Assembly (NCBI GenBank): GCA_038889235.1
Contig: JAWAHN010000001.1
Coordinates: 464,499 to 496,498 of the forward strand
Source of the DNA: Candidatus Jordarchaeales archaeon
GTDB taxonomy: Archaea > Asgardarchaeota > Jordiarchaeia > Jordiarchaeales > Freyrarchaeaceae
DNA: 32,000 nt
Direction of reading: 5' to 3'
Within the stretch, counting starts at the first letter, position 1; the number at the start of each line of letters is the position of its first letter. This document shows positions 18,978-27,285 of this stretch, piece by piece. Position numbers and translations under genes: made by a program. The notes beneath the pieces were generated by a model. It was not told where the DNA came from. It saw only the letters and a program-made list of their open reading frames with translations, and made no database searches.

Positions 18978-19376
18978 GTGGTTGAGGGAGGAGTGTGGTC
19001 AGAGGGGGAGGGAAGGCTAAAGGTATGGTGCACTATGACGAGAATGGGTGAGGGAATTGTCTTCTGTCTAGGGGGAGGGGAGAAGACGCATATTGGGGCT
19101 ATCTCGTTAGCTGTACCATACAAGAAGAAAGACGGCGAGTGGTCTGTTTCGGTTTCGACTATAACGCTTCCAGCTCACAGGGATGATGTACTCACACGCA
19201 TTATCGCCGAGAAAGTCGCCAGGGTGACCGGCAGCGTGGTTGTGGCCGTCGGAGGCGTGCACGTGGAGGCGGCGTCCGAGAAGGAGATAAATGAAATAAT
19301 TAGCAACACTGAGAGGCTCGCTGAAAAAGTTGCAGTAGAGCTAAGGAGGTGTAAAGCTGCTAATCTGGTCGACTAG
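18978..19376 (+). CDS. LpdD-like / PAC4-like small chaperone-fold protein
   Basis: GGGEKTHIGA, H RDD and GGVHVEAAS..EI motifs. Coupled to the AOR gene. Confidence 0.65.
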   Translation: MVEGGVWSEGEGRLKVWCTMTRMGEGIVFCLGGGEKTHIGAISLAVPYKKKDGEWSVSVSTITLPAHRDDVLTRIIAEKVARVTGSVVVAVGGVHVEAASEKEINEIISNTERLAEKVAVELRRCKAANLVD

Positions 19377-20402
19377 GGAGTTGACAAAGCTTTTAAGGTC
19401 TCGGGGTATAGGGCCGGCGCGCTCCACTTCATCAAAGTACTCTATTTTGGCGTCAACTATACGTGAAACTACCGCCGCTATAGAGAGAGGGAGGGCTAGT
19501 AGACTGTAGCCTCCCTCGAGTATGAAAGAAACACGGCCTCTGCAATACTCGTCTGCGGCTGTAATTATGTGACTGGTTATTTCAGCGTGATCCAATGCTT
19601 GAAGGAACATATTTCCAACGGGGTCGTCGTAATGCGTGTCTAACCCGAGGGATACAACTATGATGTCCGGTTTAAACCACTCCGCCGCGCAGTGAAACAC
19701 TCTTTCGAAAACCCACATGTATGGTTCCCCGCGGACCCCCAGAGGAAGCGGAACATTGATGGTATATCCCTCCCCTTCACCGTAGCCGGCTTCGTCCACC
19801 CACCCTGCACCAGCAATCTCCTGGTCGTATTCGTGAAAGGAGAGAAAGAGGACTGAGGGGTCAGAGTAGAATATTTGTTCTGTTCCGTCTCCCGGGTGGG
19901 CGTCTACGTCTACAATCATCACCTTCTTGATTCCTTTACACTGGCAGTACTTTACCGCGATTGCGGCGTTGTTAAAGAAGCATAGCCCGGAGGTGTGACT
20001 CAAACCGGCGTGGTGTCCTGGAGGGCGTAATAGTGCCAGTGAACGGCGGCTTCGTCCTTCGATGATCGCACTGACTGCTTCTATAGCTCCTCCTGCTGCC
20101 AGGCAAGCTAGCCTAAAAGTGTCCTTGGTTGTGAAGCTGGACGATCCAGCTTCGCCTCTCTCAAAGTTCGATAGCTCTCTTACGAGGTCGTAGAGGTAGG
20201 GGGTGTGCACACTTAAAATTTCCTCCTTCGAAGCTGGGCGCGGGGAGACGACTTCTAAGTGTTCTAGGAGGTGGTACTCTTTTAACCGGCGCATTGTTAA
20301 TGAAACTCTTTCGGGACGCTCGAAGCTTTCCATCCAAGGCTTAGTAAAAAATGGAGAGTGGAGGACACCGTATAGTTCATGGTAAACTAGTGTAAGAGAC
20401 AT
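19341..20402 (-). CDS. Histone deacetylase family (AcuC-like) protein
   Basis: ERPER, RPPGHHA, GLCFFNN, DVDAHPGDGT, SLGLD...DP.G and LEGGY motifs; metal and catalytic residues present. Confidence 0.93.
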   Translation of the reverse strand: MSLTLVYHELYGVLHSPFFTKPWMESFERPERVSLTMRRLKEYHLLEHLEVVSPRPASKEEILSVHTPYLYDLVRELSNFERGEAGSSSFTTKDTFRLACLAAGGAIEAVSAIIEGRSRRSLALLRPPGHHAGLSHTSGLCFFNNAAIAVKYCQCKGIKKVMIVDVDAHPGDGTEQIFYSDPSVLFLSFHEYDQEIAGAGWVDEAGYGEGEGYTINVPLPLGVRGEPYMWVFERVFHCAAEWFKPDIIVVSLGLDTHYDDPVGNMFLQALDHAEITSHIITAADEYCRGRVSFILEGGYSLLALPLSIAAVVSRIVDAKIEYFDEVERAGPIPRDLKSFVNSLVDQISSFTPP

Positions 20403-20487
20403 TGAACCACCTTCGAAAATAGAACTTTACAGGTAGATTTTTGAGTAAGTGTGTGGGACGCAGAAAGGTTTTATTAGAAAATGTTGA

Positions 20488-20659
20488 CGGGCCCCGCGGG
20501 ACTTGTTCTGGGAAACCCATTTGAACCCTTAGCCGGGAAGGGTGAACCCCCTTGGACCCTGCGACCACCAGCTTTCTACGCTTAGGGCACCGCAGGCGTA
20601 CGCCTCAAAACGTTGGCGCCCTGTCAGGCATTAATAGATCCTGGCTGGGCGAGGGGCCC
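20488..20659 (-). tRNA. tRNA-Arg(GCG) with five BHB introns (20a/21, 29/30, 37/38, 50/51, 58/59)
   Basis: Removing 20623-20637, 20598-20613, 20574-20589, 20529-20560 and 20503-20520 gives a perfect 75-nt cloverleaf: GGGCCCC TC GCCC AGCCAGGATA GGGC G CCAGC CTGCGGA GCTGG TGGTC GCGGG TTCAAGT CCCGC GGGGCCC G. Each intron has a 4-bp central helix with its upstream exon. CCA is not encoded. Confidence 0.88.
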
Positions 20660-20684
20660 GTGAAGAAGAAATGTAAGCGCCGCA

Positions 20685-20700
20685 TATTAAGCTTTCCTTT
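20685..20700 (-). promoter_or_regulatory. BRE-TATA promoter of tRNA-Arg(GCG)
   Basis: Minus strand AAAGGAAAGC-TTAATA; TATA-like box 26-31 nt upstream of tRNA G1. Confidence 0.6.
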
Positions 20701-20722
20701 AGCGGTTGTGCTGGAAGGAGAT

Positions 20723-22609
20723 TTACATTTTCGGCGGTATTTCTATGCCAAGCACTTTCATAGCGTTTTTCAGCGTTTGTAGTGTTACTTGTACTAGTGC
20801 AAGGCGCGCTTTCCTCGTTTCAGGGTCGTCTGCTGAAAGAACGGAGCACTCTTCATAGAACTTGTTAAACTTTACTGCCAACTGGTGGGTGTACTCTGCT
20901 AATATGTTTGGCTTGAGGTTTTCCGCGGAAAACAAGATTACTTCCGGGAACTTTGCTATATGTTTGATTAGGTCGGCTTCTCTTTGCGTTGAGAGCTTTT
21001 CAGGGTTTATCTCCGGGCTTGGAGACTCTCCCGCCCTTTCAAGTATGCTTTTAGCTCTAACCGCCGCGTACTGTATGTATGGCCCTGTTTCCCCGTCAAA
21101 GTTTGTGACTTTTTGGTAGTCGAATATTATTGTTTGCTCTGTGCTGAACTTTGCAAGCCAGTATCTTACAGCACCCACTGCTATTATCTCGGCTATCTGT
21201 CTTTTCTCGAGCTCCGAGGCGTCGGGGATATTCTTGTTCACTTGTTCATAAGCGCACAGCATAGTCTGGTTTATGACGGCGTCGGCGTGATACCCAACCC
21301 AGTTCCCTTCCCTTCCCGAGAACCTTTCCCCCATAAGCTGGACGTGTTTGTATGAAAGGTGTATGGAGTTCTCGGCCTGTTCCAAGTATCCCAGCAGCTT
21401 TAGGCACGCTCTAACAGTCTTCTGCAAGTATTCTTGCTCGTATCCTATGACGTTTATCACCCTGTCTGCTCTCGCGAAGCAAGTCATGGGTGTGGCGAGT
21501 ATTGGAGATGTCGTCCAAAGGTCCTTTCCGTTGAATTGCTTGTGCCAAGGGCGGTACTTCAAGTCTGCTTCAAGAAGGCCGAACTTCCAAAGCTGGTATG
21601 CTATGTCGTGGGCAACGTATGTCGGAACCATGTTAGACCTAACAAGAACCTTGTCGGGGTTCTTTTTGTCTTTAAATTCCTCTAGGCGGCTGAGTTTTGC
21701 CACAAAGCAACCCTTGTATTCCCCTTCAGTTTCCCAGACGAAGTACTCAGACTTTTCGAGGAGTTTCATAGTGCGTTCCCAGAGGCGGGCTTTCGAAATG
21801 TCACTTTCCCAGACAAGTAAATCGTAGGTTATCCCCACTCTAGCGGCTGTCTCAAGGTTTGACTCCACGCATTTCTCGGCGAGCTGCCTGCTGAAAAGTG
21901 AGACTTCACCGTTGCTTAGCATTTGTTTCATGACTTCGTCTACTTCAGCCTCGAGTTCAGGGTTCTTTTCCAGCTTCTGGGCTGCCTTAGCGTAGACCAG
22001 CCCGTACCAAAAGTCGAGTTTCATGTCCCTATCCCTTGGAACCTCTAGGTGCAGGTTGTTTAGGAACGCCCAGACTAGGACCCCCATTTGGCGGCCTAAA
22101 TCGTCTATGTAGTTTTGGACTTCGACATTCCAACCGCAGGCTCTTAAAAGGTTGGCAACTATGTCCCCTAAAACAGCGTTTCTTAGGTGCCCTATGTGGA
22201 GAGGCTTAGTAGGGTTAACTGCAGTGTGCTCGACTACTACTTTCCTCCCCTTTCCTATGTCGCAAAAACCGTACTTGTCCCCTTCCGCCATAACGGTCTT
22301 CACTACAGCACTTGCAAGCCTCACTTTATCGAGGAAAAAGTTCACGTAGCCTGGCTCTACGGCTTCAACACGCTCAACGAAGTCCGGCTTTTCCATGCAC
22401 GAAACGATTTCTCTGGCTATTTCAAACGGTGTACGCCTTAGATGGCGGGCAAGCTTAAACGGGACGGTTGAAGATACATCGCCAAGTTTTGGGTCAGGAG
22501 GCTCAGACAAGTTTGAGACATCGCTCCTTGAAACCGCATTTGAAAAACCAAGCTTTTCCAAAGTCTGCCAAAGAGCGTCTGCAATACTCGCTTTAACCGT
22601 TAGAATCAT
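20723..22609 (-). CDS. argS: Arginine--tRNA ligase (archaeal type)
   Basis: EHTAVNPTKPLHIGHLRNA (HIGH), ETGPYIQYA, DALR domain and C-terminal ...IPPKM. ATG at 22609 preferred because of the GGTGG SD; the ORF track uses GTG at 22618. Confidence 0.96.
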   Translation of the reverse strand: MILTVKASIADALWQTLEKLGFSNAVSRSDVSNLSEPPDPKLGDVSSTVPFKLARHLRRTPFEIAREIVSCMEKPDFVERVEAVEPGYVNFFLDKVRLASAVVKTVMAEGDKYGFCDIGKGRKVVVEHTAVNPTKPLHIGHLRNAVLGDIVANLLRACGWNVEVQNYIDDLGRQMGVLVWAFLNNLHLEVPRDRDMKLDFWYGLVYAKAAQKLEKNPELEAEVDEVMKQMLSNGEVSLFSRQLAEKCVESNLETAARVGITYDLLVWESDISKARLWERTMKLLEKSEYFVWETEGEYKGCFVAKLSRLEEFKDKKNPDKVLVRSNMVPTYVAHDIAYQLWKFGLLEADLKYRPWHKQFNGKDLWTTSPILATPMTCFARADRVINVIGYEQEYLQKTVRACLKLLGYLEQAENSIHLSYKHVQLMGERFSGREGNWVGYHADAVINQTMLCAYEQVNKNIPDASELEKRQIAEIIAVGAVRYWLAKFSTEQTIIFDYQKVTNFDGETGPYIQYAAVRAKSILERAGESPSPEINPEKLSTQREADLIKHIAKFPEVILFSAENLKPNILAEYTHQLAVKFNKFYEECSVLSADDPETRKARLALVQVTLQTLKNAMKVLGIEIPPKM

Positions 22610-22692
22610 GGCTACCACCGGCCAGTGCTTGGAAACCTAGCTTATTTAACTTGATAATTATCATTATCTTTTAGTTTTAAAATTGAGAAGGT

Positions 22693-22849
22693 TGGCGGGT
22701 CTGGAGGGAGTCTCACCCTTTCAGGTTTTGAACCCTCGATCGCCGGCTTTCCCCTGCAAGGTCCCCCGTTATCGACTAGTTCTTCTCGGTGGAACCGGAG
22801 GCCGGCGCCTGTAGGCGTTTGCAGCATATCCTGGCTAGGCCACAGACCC
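22693..22849 (-). tRNA. tRNA-Arg(CCG) with three introns (21/22, 37/38, 59/60); CCA encoded
   Basis: Removing 22811-22826, 22749-22794 and 22710-22726 gives GGGTCTG TG GCCT AGCCAGGATA AGGC G CCGGC CTCCGGA GCCGG CGATC GAGGG TTCAAAT CCCTC CAGACCC G CCA. Confidence 0.9.
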
Positions 22850-22875
22850 GCTAAGTAGAATTTAGACGAGAGAAC

Positions 22876-22890
22876 AAATAAAACTTACCG
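22876..22890 (-). promoter_or_regulatory. TATA-like promoter of tRNA-Arg(CCG)
   Basis: Minus strand CGGTAAG-TTTTATTT, 27-34 nt upstream of tRNA G1. Confidence 0.5.
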
Positions 22891-22941
22891 AGAAAGAAGA
22901 CTGTGTCTATTGTAAAAGTTTTTGAGCTGTTTTAGCTGCTA

Positions 22942-23106
22942 GGGGTGTTTGGAGGGTGTATCTCGCCTCGATGACGGTGTGGTAGCCATTGGAGGCGTGG
23001 TACAATGTTCCTCGAGGCGGGCTCTGTGGTGCCCGCCGATGCGGCTCCCGATGACCCTGCAAACGGTGAGCAGGTGACGAGGAAGAAGCCCATAGCTACA
23101 ACACCC
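22942..23106 (+). ncRNA. Candidate structured ncRNA of unknown class with two kink-turn-like hairpins
   Basis: Hand count about 61% GC (97/160) versus about 34% in the preceding 80 nt. Closing stem GGGTGTT/AACACCC, several internal stems and a repeated CGATGAC motif. Confidence 0.4.
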
Positions 23107-23147
23107 AAAACAATCAAAAACACCCAAACAAACAACACGGGCAACCA

Positions 23148-23642
23148 CTAGATATTAAGCCACCATGCTTGCCGTTTGCCTTCCACGCGAGCACGTATGT
23201 AGACTAGCACGGGTTTTCCCAGTTCTCTCTCGGCCCTCGATGCTAGCTCTCTCATCTTGTTAAGAATTTGCCTCCTCTTTAGGCCAACGACTTTTTCTAG
23301 CTCGCGTGTAGTCGCCCCCCTTTCCCTGAGTAGGTATTCAACAATTTTCCGCTCATTTTCGTCCCTGCAAATTTTGTAAAGGGGGTGTGTTTCTACAACA
23401 AGCTTGCCAGAGCTTATGCAGGATAAACCGTTTTCTAGGAAGGCGACCCGTTTTTCAAGCTCTTCCAGCCTACGAAGTAGTTCGTCTCCTACTCCGGTGA
23501 GCTTACCTTGAAGTTTTTCCATTATAGCCTGCCTTATGAATTCCGATCGCTTTCCCCGCCCAACTTCCTTTTCAAGTAACCCTAGTATGTCGCGGGGTAT
23601 CTTAACGGAGACTACTACTTCGTTCAAAAGTGAGACCTCCAC
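23148..23642 (-). CDS. CopG/RHH - coiled coil - winged HTH transcriptional regulator
   Basis: N-terminal VVVSVKIP...RSEFIRQAI (RHH), LRRLEELEKRVAFLE coil, and C-terminal ERKIVEYL...ATTRELEKVVGLKRRQI (HTH). Confidence 0.75.
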   Translation of the reverse strand: MEVSLLNEVVVSVKIPRDILGLLEKEVGRGKRSEFIRQAIMEKLQGKLTGVGDELLRRLEELEKRVAFLENGLSCISSGKLVVETHPLYKICRDENERKIVEYLLRERGATTRELEKVVGLKRRQILNKMRELASRAERELGKPVLVYIRARVEGKRQAWWLNI

Positions 23643-23701
23643 GTTTTAAAGCAAAAGGTTTTCGTAGCGTAAGGTAGGGGGAATGCTGGAAATATTTAAG
23701 T

Positions 23702-23732
23702 TGATATTACTGATGATATTACTTTTGTAATA
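23702..23732. promoter_or_regulatory. Putative operator: direct repeat TGATATTACT x2 plus palindrome TATTAC-N4-GTAATA
   Basis: Read directly: repeats at 23702-23711 and 23714-23723, inverted copy at 23727-23732. Lies between divergent TATA-like boxes (23693-23699 minus; 23750-23755 plus). Confidence 0.55.
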
Positions 23733-23765
23733 CTTCACCTACTAAAAACTTTTAATTGAGGTCGT

Positions 23766-24926
23766 GTGTTGTTCGCTGTAGCGAAGAAGGGGTGGCGCTT
23801 TTTGTCTGGGATTTCAACAAGGATGGAGAAGATTTATGGAGTCATAAATGCCTTGAATATCAACGCCATCCTCCTTTTTAATCCAAAAAACATATACTAC
23901 TTGTCCGGTTTTCTTAAATCACTGTTTAGCGAGGAAAGCGCTTTGCTTATTCCCTTAGATGAAGAGCCTGTACTGGTGGTTCCTCGCAGCGAGTTTGATA
24001 GAGCTGCTGAAACAACGTGGATTAAAGATGTAAGGTACTATACTACGTACTCTACTGGAGCAGATGCGAAGAAGATTAACAGCATTCTAGACGTGTTGAA
24101 AGGGGTTTTTGAGGAGAAAGAGCTGCTTGACAAGCTAGTTGGAGTGGAGCTGCAGGACATCAGGGCTGCCTTGTTTGAAGGATTGAAAAAGGAGGTGCCA
24201 AAAATGGGGTTTAGAGACGTCTCAGATAGCATTTGGAGAATTAGAGCGGTCAAAGATATTGCGGAGATAGACAACATAAGGAAAGCTGCAGAGATAGCGG
24301 AGAAAGGATTGAGAACCGCGCTCGAGCTGGCAAGTCCAGGGGTTTCGGAAGTAGAAGTCATGTCTGAGGTCAGGGAAGTTCTCATAAAGTCAGGCTCACA
24401 GAATGGGGAGGGAGAAAACAGAATTGTCTCAGGAGAAAGGTCTGCCTACCCTTATGCTTCTTCAAGCAGTAAAAAGATAGGGGAGAATGAAATAGTCGTC
24501 GTTGTTGTAAGCGCAAACTACAACGGTTACTATGCTCGCCTTTCAAGAACACTTTACACGGGAAAACCTAAGGATAAGCACAAGGAGATATTCGATGTGG
24601 TTAAACGCTCCTTCCTAGCTGCCGTTGGGGAACTTAAGCCCGGTGACGGGCTGAGTAAAGCAGACCAGGCTGCAAGAAAAGTAATCAGGGATTGCGGTTA
24701 CGAGAAGTTTTTCATGTACCCTACTGGGAGCAGTGTAGGGCTTAGCCTTGAGGAACCACCGGTTATAACAGGGAATACCAGTGAGGTGGTGAGGGCTGGT
24801 ATGGTGTTCAGTATTAGGCCCGCAATATACATACCGAGGTTTGGTGGCGTGCGCATTGAAAACATTGTTATAGTTGATGAGAGTGGAGGAAAAGACATAA
24901 TCAAGGTGCCTTTAGAAACCATGTGA
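23766..24926 (+). CDS. M24 (Xaa-Pro peptidase/creatinase) fold protein lacking most metal ligands
   Basis: Creatinase_N-like domain, RAVKDIAEI, GYYARLSRT, GLSLEEPP and GGVRIEN motifs. Start may be ATG 23823. Confidence 0.85.
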   Translation: MLFAVAKKGWRFLSGISTRMEKIYGVINALNINAILLFNPKNIYYLSGFLKSLFSEESALLIPLDEEPVLVVPRSEFDRAAETTWIKDVRYYTTYSTGADAKKINSILDVLKGVFEEKELLDKLVGVELQDIRAALFEGLKKEVPKMGFRDVSDSIWRIRAVKDIAEIDNIRKAAEIAEKGLRTALELASPGVSEVEVMSEVREVLIKSGSQNGEGENRIVSGERSAYPYASSSSKKIGENEIVVVVVSANYNGYYARLSRTLYTGKPKDKHKEIFDVVKRSFLAAVGELKPGDGLSKADQAARKVIRDCGYEKFFMYPTGSSVGLSLEEPPVITGNTSEVVRAGMVFSIRPAIYIPRFGGVRIENIVIVDESGGKDIIKVPLETM

Positions 24927-24938
24927 AAGGGTTCTGCA

Positions 24939-26572
<1,634 letters not shown>

Positions 26573-26615
26573 TAAAGCGTGTTTCGATGGTGCCCTTAGT
26601 TCAAGCATTTTTGCG

Positions 26616-27143
26616 TTAAACGCCGAGCAGTCCTCTCACAAACTTGCTGCGCATTATTCCTTTTCTTTCCAGCTCTTCGAGATTCTTCAAGAGTTGAATT
26701 CTGATGTGTGGCGGCTTTTTCAAGTGCTCTTTGTACTTTTCTAGGAACGATGATAAACTGTCGCTTGAAGCTAGTGGTTCTTCCAACTCTGCTGGTATAA
26801 TTATGAGAGCATCATAGGAAACTATTCTTCCCTCCTCCAGCTTGATGGGGCCAACGCTCGGCTTCGAGATGTAAAATGGTATTCCACCAACTTGGAATTG
26901 AAGGGTTAGTGTGTCTATGTATCTTGTAGCTTCTTCAAGTTCGCCGCTTTCAATTCTTTTCTTGAACCACCCAACCAAAACACCTTTACCGACCACTTCG
27001 GGCTTAACAACTACGTTTTTCACAGCTTTAGGCTCCGCGCTGACGGCGGTAGACTTGGGTGGGATAGGGGTGCTTACTTCCTCTCGCGGCGCAGTTTTCT
27101 CAGCGGACTCTTGCTCTTTTTCCTTCCTTCTAAACAACCACAA
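26616..27143 (-). CDS. Hypothetical protein
   Basis: 175-aa ORF with SD AGGAGGT before GTG. Low-complexity N-terminus and a folded-looking C-terminal half; no family recognised. Confidence 0.65.
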   Translation of the reverse strand: MWLFRRKEKEQESAEKTAPREEVSTPIPPKSTAVSAEPKAVKNVVVKPEVVGKGVLVGWFKKRIESGELEEATRYIDTLTLQFQVGGIPFYISKPSVGPIKLEEGRIVSYDALIIIPAELEEPLASSDSLSSFLEKYKEHLKKPPHIRIQLLKNLEELERKGIMRSKFVRGLLGV

Positions 27144-27285
27144 GAAGGTGACCTCCTAGCTGAAAATTGTTAATCATGAGAGTTTGTGTGCCTGCAAGTT
27201 ATTAAATCTTTTCCAATTTCTCCAAAAAAATTAATCTAAATATGGATAATTATTGCGAAAAGTTAAAATAAAAAGCCGGCGTTTT

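Noticed and set aside
19880-19910. HDAC motif variant DAHPGDG instead of DxHHGDG
   Set aside because: Zn ligands, the His dyad, the relay Asp and the catalytic Tyr are all present, so an ordinary active enzyme is likely.
22749-22794. Nested intron or C/D guide inside the 46-nt anticodon intron
   Set aside because: No C or D boxes (no TGA at all). Every internal BHB register tried had at least two mismatches.
23047-23078. Eukaryote/Loki-like SECIS (ATGA core, AAA loop, GA)
   Set aside because: Helix II is only 5 bp, there is no upstream plus-strand gene, and no in-frame UGA selenoprotein occurs in the window (FwdB uses Cys).
22942-23106. RNase P RNA, SRP RNA or hammerhead ribozyme
   Set aside because: GAGGAA occurs but without the CR-I/CR-V P4 pairing. 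There is no SRP helix 8 motif, and no CUGANGA/GAAA core around a stem II.
22932-23148. Two short minus-strand ORFs (70 and 69 aa), one with an apparent TM helix
   Set aside because: The hydrophobic stretch comes from a G/T-rich terminator-like tract, no homology is recognisable, and they overlap the structured RNA candidate. Not fully excluded.
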